A DNA stretch of 64,000 bases from Octopus sinensis (GCF_006345805.1 NC_043003.1:12028001-12092000), one strand, 5' to 3'. Numbered from the stretch's first letter, positions 24,257 through 36,400 are shown. Numbers and translations: made by a program. The notes: generated by a model not told the origin, from the letters alone.

Positions 24257-24717
24257 GTTATGGCGGTGTCGGCGGCGGCGGTGGTGGTGGTTATGGGTGG
24301 TGGTGGTGGTTATGGTGGTGGTGCTAGTGGTGGTGGTGGTGGTGGTGGTTATGGTGGTGGTGGTGGTGGTGGTGGTTAAGGTGGTGGTGGTGGCAGCGGC
24401 GGCGATGGTGGTGCTAGTGGTGGTAGTGATGGTGGTGGTGATTATGGTGGTGGTATAGTGGTGGTAGTGGTGGTGGTGGTGATGGTGGTGGTAGCGGTGG
24501 TGGTGGTGGTGGTGGTGGTGGTGGTGGTAAAACAAACACAAAGCTACACAAACATACACACACGTATGTAAACGACGAGCTTCCGCACAGTTCCCGTCTA
24601 CCAAATTCACTCTCAAGGCATTCGTCGGCCCAGGACTTACAGTAGAAGACATTTGTCGAAGGTGCCGTGCTGTGGAAATGAGTTTCCTTTCTAAGCCACA
24701 CAGCCATGCCAGCGCCT
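23955..24717 (-). mobile_element. SINE-B copy carrying an expanded (GGC/GGT)n array
   Basis: 3' tail at 23955-24050, 5' half at 24530-24717, trinucleotide array at 24074-24528 between them. Confidence 0.8.
24074..24528. repeat. (GGC)/(GGT)n trinucleotide array of about 450 bp
   Basis: Visible simple repeat; CpG-rich left half. Confidence 0.95.
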
Positions 24718-24991
24718 GCTACTCACTTTCACACACACATACACACACACACACACATATATATATATACACAACAAGCAAAACTGCTAGTTCTAAAATC
24801 TCTTAAAGAGATCAACGCAGTAGTTGTACTGACATGCAATGTTCGTAGCCATTTCAACATGGCCGTCTGTTCGAACGGATTTTACTGGGATTTTTTAACC
24901 TCAAGAGGACATCTCCTCCAGCACAGCTCTTGGGATTAAAAAATCGCAGTAGAGTCCGTTCGAACGGACAGTCATGTTGAAGTGGTTACGA

Positions 24992-25029
<38 letters not shown>

Positions 25030-25142
25030 ATATTAAGGGCATTTTTTCCCTTTAAGATTTTCACGCTAACTACTTGATAAATTCTTATAAACATTTTATC
25101 CTATATTTAAATTTTATGTATATATATATATATATATATATG

Positions 25143-25289
25143 CAGGCGTGGCCGTGTGGTGCTTTCCAAACACATTGTGCTGTGTTCAGTCCCACTGCGT
25201 GGCACCTTGGGCAAGTGTCTTCTACTATGGCCCCAGACCGACTAAAGCCTTGTGAGTGAATTTGGTAGACGGAAAGCTAAAGAAGTTCG

Positions 25290-25332
<43 letters not shown>

Positions 25333-25540
25333 TGTGTGTTTGTCTCGCCACCACTACTTGACAACCGGTATTGTTGTGTTTACGTCCCTGTAACCTAGCG
25401 GTTCGACAAGAGAGACCAATAGAATAAGTACCAGGCTAAACAAAATATAAGTAATGGAGCCGATTAAGTCGACAAAAAATTCTTCTTGGCAGTGCCCCAG
25501 CATGGCCGTAGTCTAGTGACTGGAACAAGTAAAACAGTGA
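25143..25540 (+). mobile_element. Full SINE-B (tRNA head, CORE-like domain, internal (TG)n, 3' tail)
   Basis: GTTCAGTCCCACTGCGTGGCACCTTGGGCAAGTGTCTTCTACTAT resembles the CORE-SINE domain (GTGACCTTGGGCAAGT..); named octopus family not verified. Confidence 0.9.
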
Positions 25541-27108
25541 AAGAATACAGTAGCTGAGTATCCCGTTGCTGCAGGGTAATTTTCGCAATAGAATTCCTTG
25601 GCGGACGTTCGGAATAGCACAGAAACATATGTTGGAATTTCTTCGTTTTGATGGGGACTTTTCAGTTTTTTTTTCACCACACCCTTGCAGATGGCGGGGG
25701 GGGGGCGTTTTATGAAAAACATTTGTGAAAATTTACAAATTCCCTCCCTACCCCTTCCAGACAGACTTTGTCCATTTTTTCTAACCACCTCGCCCCCGCT
25801 AGGCACTTACAAACAATAAATGTCTTTTCGGTAAAAAAAAAAAAAATTTCAAAATTTATGAAATTTTTCAAGCCCCTTCCCCCACTCAGAAACAGATTTT
25901 GGCAAATTTTGTTTTGCGCTGTGCATTTATAAACGATGGGAGAAACCTTGAAGGTTAAAAAAAAATTTGGAAATCGGAGATTACCATTGCAATCCTCACT
26001 TCCTTTATTTTCAAACAGAAAATGAAACATAATTTGCTAAACAATAATAAAATTGTTTTAGTTTTTTTCATTAACCCCGCCTCCACATAAATCCTAAAAT
26101 TTCGGCTTATTTTTAGGAATTATTTTTAAATCATAATTTTAAAATACGGACAATCCGAATCCGTAGTTTGTTTCCGTTCATGGTTTCAAAATAGTTTTTA
26201 GAGACGAAAAAGTTCTGGGATTTCAGGGAGATTTAGCTGTTGTTTCTAGCAGATCTCACGATCACTTGGTGCCTTCCTCGCTTCTTTGTCACTCTGACAT
26301 GTTACTGATGTTTTTCAATATTATTCTCCCCATAAACAGATTTTAAGGAATGATGATGCGGTGGTCCGTTGCTGGGATTTAAGCAGCAACAAAAAATTTT
26401 GTGATAGAAATTTTTAATCCCCCACCCCTCACCACCACACCAAGCAAGTTCCCGTGTGTATGTGAGTGTGTGTGTGTGTGTGTTCGTGCATGAGTGAGTA
26501 TAAGAGAGAGAGAGAGAGAAACATGTTTGCTAACAGAAAAGTATGCTATTAAAATAAATTATCTTTTACGTAACATTTTAAAGTTTTTTTTCTGCTCTAA
26601 TGAAATCCCTTACACACATACATGTATAAATACTGACAAACACACACATACACACACACGCACACGCACACACACAAACAGCGTGAACGATATACTTTTA
26701 TAGAGAGTGACAGAACGCGGTAAAATGGTATACAGAAAGCGAAAGTTTAGCATGAGAAAAGGGGAAAATGAAAGAGACAGACAAACTGAGAGAGAACTCT
26801 TTTGTTGCTGTCACAGATTTTGAAATTTTAAAATTAAGTGAAAATTTACATATTTGGGTATATTGATATACTTTTTCACGTTGAATACGATTTTGCGATT
26901 CGTTTATTCCAGAATAAGAAAAATTTTTAATGTTACGGAGGTTTAAAGTTTGGTCATTTTTTTATCCAATCAGAAAACAGGATTTGTGCATGAGAGTTCT
27001 GCATCATAAAATGAAAGCAAACATTAGAAGAAGAGAGTTTAAACAAAATGAAAGCAATGAGTGAGAGATAATACATATACTGAGAGAGAGAAGGGAAGAG
27101 AGAGAGAG

Positions 27109-27151
<43 letters not shown>

Positions 27152-27167
27152 TAACGAGTGTGGTTAA

Positions 27168-27534
27168 TCTATATATATAAAGCTGAAGTTGTCTGTGTAT
27201 GGCAGGTTTGATAGCCTTCACTATCTCCTTCGAGACCCTGTGGTGCAAGTTGACCAAAATTGAGAGTATGATAGAAGAAGGCTTGCTCTTCCTTCCGTAG
27301 AAGAAAAAATTCAAATCGGACCATGTTAACACCAAAAATTATTTACATCAATAAGGTGCTTTTTTTCTATGAAAAGCCCTATTTTTTACGATTTTTTGAC
27401 TACTGTGTCGCCATTTTTCGGTGTATTTCACTTAAAGAGAATAACAAGCTACATAATACATAATTTTTACTTTTCAAAAATTCCAATTCTAAAGGGTCGA
27501 AACAAACCCGAGCAACGCCGGGCGATACTGCTAG
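27168..27534 (+). mobile_element. Non-autonomous Helitron, family H2
   Basis: A|TCTATATATATAAAG..CCCGAGCAACGCCGGGCGATACTGCTAG|T; interior differs from H1. Confidence 0.9.
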
Positions 27535-27828
27535 TATATATAAGAGATAGACTGATTGTGACAGATAGAGAGCCGGAGATTTGTAGATCTCAAAGCTCAG
27601 TTATTTCTAATAGTAAAAAGAATATTAATTTTATTATTTACGGACAACCTTCTCTTTGGGGCGTAGATTTCGAAAATCAAATTCGTCTTTTTTTTCTCAA
27701 GAACGCGGCACTTCAAAGCATTTCGGGGCTAAACACATGCATAACCACATACAATCGCATTTACATATAATGTCTGTGTGTGTGCGTGTATGTATAATGT
27801 ATATAAATGCACACGTACATACATACGT

Positions 27829-27860
<32 letters not shown>

Positions 27861-28699
27861 ACACACATACACACACACATATATATATAAATAAACATAT
27901 ATATATACATATATATACACGCACACGCACGCACACACACACACATATATATATATACACACAATTTTTAAATATGAGTAGAAGTCATAGTGACATAAGG
28001 TACGAGAGTTTCGTGCGTTGGTACTTATCCAACGTATAGCTTCTCAAGTTAATCACGTTTTGAGTTCTATGTTCTTATATACACCACTAAATCTCTATGT
28101 GTGTGTGTTTGTTTGTGTGTGTGTTGTGTGTGTGTGTGTGTGTGTGTGTTGTGTGTGTGTGTGTGTGAGTGTGTGAGTGTGTGTGTGTGTTGTGTGTGTG
28201 TGTGTGTGTGGTAAGTAGTTTAGGCGTATAACCCATATCAGCATTCGCTCTCATATCATAATGAAAGGACTTGATCATATTTTTGAATTTATCAGGACAA
28301 CGTTTCTGAGAATTACACACACACACACACACAGAGATCACGATTCACTTAATCAAAGGTCAATCAAGCAAAAATAAAAGTCAAAGTTCTATCCAATGCA
28401 TTTCTCTTGTAGTTGACGGGTGAAAAATATTGTCATTTGTTTCTCGTCCAATGCAATAAACTTAAGAATCGTGAAGAAAGGGAAAAGTCCCAAAGAATTG
28501 TATGAGACGATTGGGCGCAGCTTTTTTGACGCAGGCAATTTGGTGCGGCTGATTGGATATTCAGCTAGTTTTGAATACACAACTTGCTGACGCTGGAAGC
28601 AAACAGATACGCACATACACACACACATATATGCATGCATACATATACACACGCACGCACAAACGCGCGCGCAGAAATATACGCATACAGATAGAAAGA

Positions 28700-29045
28700 A
28701 TCAGCCTAATCTTTTCTACTCTAGGCACAAGGCCCGAAATTTGGGGGAGGGGGGCAGTCGATTAGATCGACCCCAGTACGCAGCTGGTACTTAATTTATC
28801 GACCCCGAAAGGATGAAAGGAAAAGTCAACCTCGGCGGATTTGAACTCAAAACGTAAAGACAGACGAAATACCTATTTCTTTACTACCCACAAGGGGCTA
28901 AACATAGAGGAGACAAACAAGGACAGACAAAAGTATTAAATCGATTATATCGACCACAGTGCGTAACTGGTACTTTATTTATCGATCCCGAAAGGATGAA
29001 AGGCAAAGTCGACGTGGGCGGAATTTGAACTCAGAACGTAAAGAC
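28700..29045 (-). mobile_element. Dimeric SINE-A, 5'-truncated
   Basis: Two central domains joined at GACGAAATACCTATTTCTTTACTACCC. Confidence 0.9.
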
Positions 29046-29054
29046 TTAACGCCC

Positions 29055-29200
29055 TGAGTTCAAATACCGCTGGTATCGACTTTGCCTTTCATCTTTTCGG
29101 GGTCGATAAAATAAATGACAGTTGAATATTGAGGTCGATGTAATTGACTTACTCGCTGCCCCCGAAATTGCTGGCCTTGTGCAAAAATTTAACACCAATA
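29055..29200 (+). mobile_element. 5'-truncated SINE-A, head-to-head with the previous copy
   Basis: CTGAGTTCAAATACCGC..GACTTTGCCTTTCATC..GGGGTCGATAAA. Confidence 0.8.
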
Positions 29201-29289
29201 TATTTTCCAACACTGAATAAAAAAAATTAGAGTATATATCATGAGCACCTTTTTCTGTGGTAAATATCTTCAGCATCGCATCTTTCCAA

Positions 29290-29990
29290 CCACGAAGAAC
29301 TCTATCATTTTTTAATACAATGTATACATAAGAGAGTATAGGAAATCCAGTAATGTATTTCCTCTGCTAGAATACCATTCAATGCCACAAGCTTCTCTGT
29401 TTTAAAGATTGCGCAAAGCAACTTTTACTTCATTAGAAGTGGATGGATTAAACAAAGCATTTTATTAGAATTTGCTGAATAAGTTCAAAAAGAAGTTAAT
29501 CAATGCTTGATGAGCAATTTTAACAAATTACTAAAATAGTCTTGACACCTTTCAAGGACCTTATTTGAATCTTTAATAAGGGTTTTGCCAGCTATAACCC
29601 GTATGAAAAGGCAGGAAATTGAGCGAGGACTATAAACTTGATTTATAAAAGAATGAAGTTCTTTAATATCCTTTTTGTTATATTCTTTCTAAAGATCACA
29701 GGCACGATCAATCCACCATTTATTTTTCATTCTTCTGATTTCGTTCAGAATCTTTGACTTAACAGCTTTGTAATTGCCAATCAATTTTCATTTTGACAGC
29801 GAATGTTTTTGTTTTTTTTTTCGTTCTTTTTACTTAGGTCTCATTGCACGGATAATAAGCTTTGTATATGATCTTTATTAGCGTCAAACCAGAACCAGTC
29901 CTTGCTTTTGAACTCTGTAAAACGCAATACTTCTTTTGAAATTTTGTAAATCCCGCTATTGAGGTCATCCGATTTAGAAGATTTCTCCAA
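29290..29990 (-). mobile_element. Highly degenerate RTE-like ORF2 fragment (region between EN and RT)
   Basis: Minus reading KDWFWFDANKDHIQSLL..DIKELHSFINQVYSP..GKTLIKDSNKVLERCQDYFSNLL resembles DWFDEN..K.FY..LK.VYGP..TLL.D..IL.RW.EHF..LLN. Confidence 0.6.
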
Positions 29991-30289
29991 TGTCGTGCCC
30001 AGCTAGGTAGTTAAGCGGTTGGGTTAAAGTTACAATCATAAGGTCCATGGTTCGATTGTTGAGGAAGATACTTCATTTAACGTTGCCGCATTCTTCTCGA
30101 CTGAAAATGAGTCCCTGCTTAGTATTGTTGCAGCCCTTTCTCCCTCTATCATATTATCGAAGTTCCACCGGATCAAGGCTGCGAGGGCCGAGTGGGTGTC
30201 TACGTCTACCTACGACTGCATAGAAACACATACACTCATATAAAAGTACGTATGTGTATGTATGTGTCTGCTTGTATGTTTGAGTGTGT

Positions 30290-30652
30290 GTGTGGGTGGT
30301 AAGAAGCTTGCTTCTTAACCACATGGTTCCGGGTTCAGTCTCACTGCACGACACGTTGAGCAACTTTCTTCGTTGTGAGTGGATTTGGTAGATGGAAAAT
30401 CAAAGAAGCCCATCATGTGTGTGCGTGTATGTATGTGTGATTATGTCTGTGTTTGTTCGCCACCACCGCTCGAGAACCGCTGTTGATGTACTTACGTCTC
30501 CGTGACATAGGCGTTCGGCAAAAAGAGACCGATAGATTACGTACTAAACGTTAAAAAATAGATCCTGGAGTTGATTTGTTCGACTAAAACCCTTCAAGGT
30601 GGTGCCCCAGCATGGCCGCAGTAAATAACTGAACGAGTAAAAGAATAAAAGA
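30290..30652 (+). mobile_element. Full SINE-B, moderately diverged
   Basis: Head GGTAAGAAGCTTGCTT..GGTTCAGTC; tail GGTGCCCCAGCATGGCCGCAG. Confidence 0.85.
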
Positions 30653-31049
30653 TATATACACATGCACGCACGAAACTTGCTTCCCCCTCTCTCACATTTC
30701 TTTGCCTTTCTTACTCACTTTTCACTTCACTATGTCTCTGTCATTTTTTCCTTGCCCCTCCCAACTTCTTCTTTCCATCTGCTTCTACAACCCTCTCTCT
30801 CCTTTTGTTCCTCTTTTTCTCTCTCTTCTCTTCCCACGTAACCGATAGCTCAGATTGTTAGCCCTCTTTTTGCGTCTGGCTGTTGTCACTGCAACATCGA
30901 TATTCTTCCCTGTGTCTGTGAAAGTTTTGTATCTCTGCCGTAAGACGTCATTTCCACACACGCCAGCTGAATTCAATTCGTCCCCAGTCGAAAGACACCT
31001 GCTGTTATGTCCTGTTGTTTTATTATTATTATTATTATTATTATTGTAT

Positions 31050-31278
31050 TTTGTATTTATATTCGTGTAATATCGTCTGTTTTTCCGTCCTTGTTTTAGT
31101 ATACATTCGATGCTTTCTTCCAAGGAATCTAATGCTCTTAGCTTAGTTTTTCCTTGGGGCTCGCCAGATTGGAGCAATCTCAAGATTAATCAGCCGAAAT
31201 TGCGAGGATGATCCGGTTCTTGACTGAGGATAGGAAGCTTCGAATGACCCGTCCTTGTTTTTTTGTATCGTCTATCTG
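31050..31278 (+). repeat. Unclassified dispersed repeat (second copy 59290-59580)
   Basis: Shared TTTTTCCGTCCTTGTTTT..CTTAGCTTAGTTTTTCCTTGGGGCT..GACTGAGGA..GACCCGTCCTTG. Confidence 0.8.
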
Positions 31279-31438
31279 GAGCCAGGTTTCTTTCAGTTTC
31301 CGTCAAGCAAATCCACCCACAAGGGTTTGGTCGGCCCGAGGCTATAAGACTCTTGTCCAAGGTATCACGCAGTGGAACTGAACCAGGAACTATGTGGTTG
31401 GGAAGCAAGCTTCTTACCACACAGCCACGTCTGCGTCT
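31279..31438 (-). mobile_element. SINE-B 5' half
   Basis: TTTCAGTTTCCGTC..GCAGTGGAACTGAACC..CTTACCACACAGCCAC. Confidence 0.85.
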
Positions 31439-32009
31439 ATATATATGTGTGTATGTGTGTGTGTGGAGAGAGAGAGAGAGACAAAGTCAGACAGAGACAG
31501 AGAGACAGAGGCGACAGACACACAGACAGATGACGAAAGCAGAATGAGATATTCGATATTTTTATAACTTCTAGATTTATTCGATCCGAAAAAAAACATT
31601 CAAGTAACCTTCCTCTAATACACATATTTTTACAAACTTTTGAATGTGGATGGCAATGTACACCAATAACGCCTTGAAGAATCAGCAGATACGATGATAA
31701 AATTGAATTTCTGTTTGAACAATACTTTATACCCAGAGCAAGAAAATAAATATAATTTAAACAAGCTCGGAATACATCAGAGAATATTTTAAAATAAGCA
31801 GAATCGGGAGAAATTGTTTTAAAAAAGTACTTTAAAAAACAAAACAAATATACACTAAATAACCACAAGTAACATTTATCTTTTACCTGCATCAGTGATT
31901 ACACTGCAGTCATGCTGGAGCACCGCAAGGAGGGGTTTCAGGCGAACAGATCATCCCCACCCCAATCTGGTACTTATTCAATCGGACACTTTAGTTGCAC
32001 CGTATACAT

Positions 32010-32245
32010 GCATTTTTTTTACTACCCAAAAGGGGCTAAACACAGAGAGGACAAACAAGGACAGACAGACAGATTAAGTTGATTATATCGACCCCAGTGC
32101 GTAACTGGTACTTATTTAATCGACCCCGAAAGGATGAAAGACAAAGTCAATCTCGGTGGAATTTGAACTCAGAACGCAACGGCAGACGAAATACGGCTAC
32201 GCATTTCGCCCCGGCGTGCTAACGTTTCTGCCAGCTCGCCGCCTT
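32010..32245 (-). mobile_element. SINE-A, full unit
   Basis: Ends CTGCCAGCTCGCCGCC; central domain intact. Confidence 0.9.
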
Positions 32246-32303
32246 GCACCGCTTATGTGCATTTGTATGTCAGCACATATATGTTTGAATAAAACCAAAG
32301 AAA

Positions 32304-32339
<36 letters not shown>

Positions 32340-33259
32340 AATAACGGAAAGGCTGAACCAGAAAAGAAAAATGAAGGAAACCACTAAACAATCAATGAAA
32401 CACAGAAATGAACAAAACAAAGACGTATAAAACGAAAACTGAAAGAGGTTGATTTAGTATTGTCGTAAAAGAAGTTAGGAGCGGAGAACATCGCAGTCAG
32501 TAAATTTTCCGTTCCGGAAGGGCCGCCACAGCACTTAGCATCAGCAATTCCTTTATGACATATGAAATAATTTCCTCTGATTTTTGTATTATTTTGAATT
32601 TATTTCATTTCACTTTTCCTGTTCGTATCTCCTTCCTCTTTGCATCTCCACATCAGAACCTGAGTGTTGTACGACATCATTGTAACGCACATAGTGGCGG
32701 TTTATAGACGCTGCTATAGTCATGTGGTTTAGAAAGTTCATTTCACAACCTTGGGGTCCTAGTTTCGATCCTTCTGGCTGGATATCTTAAACGAGTCTTT
32801 TTCTTTTTTTTCTTTCTTTTTTATTAGATTGGCACAAGCCTTGAGAGAGAAACTGATCAGACGAAAACTGTCCAGAAACCCGTTGGCTTTACCTTCATCA
32901 GCTTCTCTCCCGTGATCCCAGCGATTTCAATACTTTAACAACAGTACCACTAATTCCAGTGTATCAGTAGATTTACAGAAAGAGCTTACTTGGCAATTAA
33001 GCAGTAAAGACAAGAGAACGATTAAGACACAGAATCATGCGACAGTGTGTGAGTGTCCCTATCATCCCTTGCGGGGATTGATAAAATATGAACCAGTTGA
33101 GCCCTGGGCGTCAATGTAATCGACCTATCCCTTCCCCAAAATTGCTGGCTTTTGTCAAAGTTTGAAACGAATATGTTGTCTTGTTTGTCCACTTAAAAAG
33201 AGCTAATTATTTTTCACATCGTTTTTGTTCAATGATTGTCGTTTATAAATGTTAGAGTA

Positions 33260-34013
33260 CAGTTATACCTCATTTACGAGGGCCCGGTTTACGAGACCTC
33301 TGGTTTTATTTTATTGTAAATTTTTCAAGCACAAGATCCAAATTTTGAACGAAGTGCGAAGGTTTCTTCTACAATAACAACGGTTTCTGCGTATCACCAA
33401 GAAATTTTTAGAGGGTGGGGGGAAAGCTTCTTCTAAGCAAACAACTCTAGGCTTGTTTTTTCAAAAGAAATCTACAAGTCCGTCTACGAGTGCTTGTGAA
33501 TCGGCGAGTGAAAGTGATGCCGCAAACGATTATAATAATAATATCTTCCACTATAAATGATATTGACATTCATTTTACTTTACATAAAATATTCTTTACA
33601 TTCTACTATTGTTTTATCGCCATTTATTTACGAGTATTATAAATTTTATAGCTGCGAGCTGGCAGAAACGTTAGCACGCCGGGCGAAATGCGTAGCCGTA
33701 TTTCGTCTGCCGTTACGTTCTGAGTTCAAATTCCGCCAAGGTCGACTTTGCCTTTCATCCTTTCGCGGTCGATAAATAAGGTACCAGTTTCGCACTGGGG
33801 TCGATGTAATCGACTTAATCCGTTTGTCTGTCCTTGTCCCCTCTATGTTTAGTCCCTTGTGGGCAATAAATTTTATAGCTAAAATACTTTTACTGGGAAC
33901 GAATTACGATTTATAACATTGCTGCTATTGGGAAATTATCGCTCTGGTTTACGAGTTTTCGCTTTACAAGCGGTCTCCAGGAACAAATTAACTCGTATAT
34001 CGATGCATTAACG
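33260..34013. mobile_element. Tigger/pogo-like MITE remnant with a nested SINE-A
   Basis: TA-CAGTTATACCTCATTTACGAG at the left, AACTCGTATATCGATGCATTAACG-TA at the right (degenerate TIRs, TA flanks). Confidence 0.65.
33654..33865 (+). mobile_element. Young SINE-A with 15-bp TSD
   Basis: ATAAATTTTATAGCT at 33639-33653 and 33866-33880. Confidence 0.95.
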
Positions 34014-34424
34014 TATTTTCGTATATTTGATGTTGACCTGTCTCGAGATACGGTACACACGTCTCGTTGTCCCATGTTTCATTATAGCTATCGTTTGTTG
34101 CCATTCCTTAATGGCAGTTACTCCTGAATCTGCTGACACACTGGAATTAGCGATATTATTGCTGAAGAGATGAAATCGCAGGGATTTCCAGAAACAGCTA
34201 ATACGAGTATAACCTGTCGCTGCGATTTTCTATTTCTTCTCTGTAGAAGAAATAAAAGCAAATGAAAGGACACCGGTGAAACACAAAGATGCACAAAATA
34301 CACACACATAAGATGGTGAGCTGGCAGAATTGTTAGCACACTGGATAAAATGCTTTGTGGCATTTTGTGTCTACATTCTGAGTTCAAATTCCACTGAGGT
34401 GTACTTTGCATTTCATCCTTTTAT

Positions 34425-34617
34425 AGGCGTAGGAGTCGCCAATAGGCATAGGAGTGGATGTGTGGTAAGTAGCTTGCTTACCAACTACATGGTTCTGGGT
34501 TCAGTCCCACTGTGTGGCACCTTGGACAAGTGTCTTCTATTATAGCCTCGGGCTGACCAAAGCCTTATGAGTGGATTTGGTAGACGGAAACTGAAAGAAG
34601 CCCGTCGTATATATATG

Positions 34618-34661
<44 letters not shown>

Positions 34662-34886
34662 GTGTGTATATGTTTGTGTGTATGTGTTTGTCCCCCCAAC
34701 ATTGCTTGACAACCGATGCTGGTGTATTTACGTCCCCGTAACTTAGCAGTTCGGCAAAAAGAGACCGATAGAATAAGTACTAGGCTTGCAAAGAATAAGT
34801 CCTGGGGTCGATTTGCTCGACTAAAGGCGGTGCTCCAGCATGGCCGCAGTCAAATGACTGAAACAAGTAAAAGAGTAAAAGAATAG
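34425..34886 (+). mobile_element. Full, young SINE-B
   Basis: All modules intact; preceded by a partial SINE-A at 34315-34425. Confidence 0.92.
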
Positions 34887-34923
34887 CACACACATATATT
34901 TGTGCTTGTGTCTGCACGTATAT

Positions 34924-35111
34924 ACTCTTTTATTCTTTTACTTGTTTCAGTTATTTCACTGCGGCCATGCTGGAGCACCACTTTTAGTCGATCAAATTGA
35001 CCCCAGAATTTGCTCATTGTAAGCCTAGTACTTATTGTACTTATTCTATTGGTCTTTTTTTACCGAATCGCTAAGTTACGGGGACGTAAACACTCCAACA
35101 TCGGTTGTCAA
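34924..35111 (-). mobile_element. SINE-B 3' part, tail-to-tail with the previous copy
   Basis: Reverse complement of 34700-34886. Confidence 0.9.
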
Positions 35112-35199
35112 TTCATCAGACTTGCATCAAAGGTGTGTTGTCACATTGTACGTCTTACAGACCTTGTTTTGTTTTTTGTTTTTTCTTTTGTTTTTTTTT

Positions 35200-36400
35200 G
35201 TTTTTGTTTGTTTTTGTTTTTATCGAGAGGAAACAAAAAAATATAAGTATGGTTATGGAATGAGTAAGTGGGGTGGAGATTATGTAGGGGTGGAATCATG
35301 AGAAAGGGTACGAAGAAAAAGAAGAAAAAGGAGGATGAGGAAGAAGAAGAAGAAGAAGACGAAGAAGAAGAAGAAGAAGAAGAAGAAGAAGAAGAAGAAG
35401 AAGAAGAAGAAGAAGAAGAAGCTAAACAACGTTAATAAATTAGGTAAGGCCATTTATAGCAATTCGATTTATCTGGACGCAGGCTCGTGGTCAGCTGGTA
35501 CAAACGATTCCACTGTTAACGAGATTCGTTTCATGGGTGAAAATTTATTTGACCACCAGACGACAATCACCAACGACAACGGAAAGTGTAAAAAAAAAAG
35601 AAAAGAAAAACTATTAAATAGATAACTTGACAATTGCCCAAGAATCAAACAATGAGGATAATTATGATGATATTTGTGGAGTGGTTGCAGTGTGGTCAGT
35701 GGTAAGATAGCGTAAATCACCTCCCAGCTAGAAGACCTATTTGTGACCTTAGAGTGTGAAGGCAATGGAGAAGAGATACAAAAAGAAAAAAGAACTAAAA
35801 GGGGGTGGGGGAATCCAATAGTCGGTTGTGTCCTAAGGAGTTAAATCAGAAATTAGGAATTTAGAGTTTAAATTAAAAACAGTCAGGAGAAATATACAGA
35901 GGAGAAATATTAACAGTAGAATTGTTTGTACCGGCCGACCTCAAGCCTACGTCCAGATAAACCAATTTCCTAAATATGGCTCTACCTAATATATCAATGT
36001 TGTTTGGCTTCTTCTTCTTCTTCTTCTTCTTCTTCTTCTTCTTCTTCTTCTTCTTCTTCTTCTTCTTCTTCTTTTCTTCTTCTTCTCCTCTTCTTCTTCT
36101 TCTTCTTCTTCTTCTTTTTTTCTTCTTCTCCATCTCCTTTTTCTTCTTCTTCTTATCTTCTTCTTCTTCTTCTCCATCTCCTTTTTCTTCTTCTTCTTCT
36201 TTCTTCTTTTCTTCTTCTTCTTCTTCTTCTTTTTCTTCTTTCTTCTCTTTTTTCTTCTTCTTCTTCTCCATCTCCTTTTTCTTCTTCTTCTTCTTCTTCT
36301 TCTTCTTGATTTCTCCCCCTCATAAACTCTACCCCACTTACTTATAGCCACACTTGTATTATTTTTTTTCGTTTTCTCCCTCAGCATCCCCGCCAAGTAC
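35200..36400. repeat. Diverged inverted duplication; each unit contains a (GAA)n array
   Basis: Plus unit about 35200-35520, minus unit about 35900-36400; shared AGTAAGTGGGGT(G/A)GAG before and AAACAAC..TTAGGTA..TTATCTGGACG..GGTACAAAC.ATTC.ACTGTTAA after the array. Confidence 0.85.

Noticed and set aside
23970-24707. Gly-, Arg-, Ala- and His-rich ORFs resembling glycine-rich structural proteins
   Set aside because: All frames are open because the sequence is a (GGC/GGT)n array inside a SINE; no splice or start context
28330-28570. Cluster of CCAAT/ATTGG boxes and an AGGTCA half-site as a promoter
   Set aside because: Short motifs are expected by chance; no downstream exon or TSS evidence
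31225-31260. Hammerhead candidate CTGAGGA..GAATGACCCGTC (also at about 59455)
   Set aside because: No GAAA box (GAAT/GAGT), and helix I does not pair in either copy
32860-32910. Minus-strand CTGATGA-A-GG-TAAAG-CC-AACGGGTT
   Set aside because: The GA of GAAA is missing and there is no helix I; at best a decayed remnant
35335-36271. Similar peptides after the two GAA arrays (NNVNKLGKAIY.. vs NNIDILGRAIF..) as paralogous exons
   Set aside because: Manual codon comparison gives about 5 synonymous and 13 non-synonymous differences, as expected for neutral DNA; no convincing splice sites
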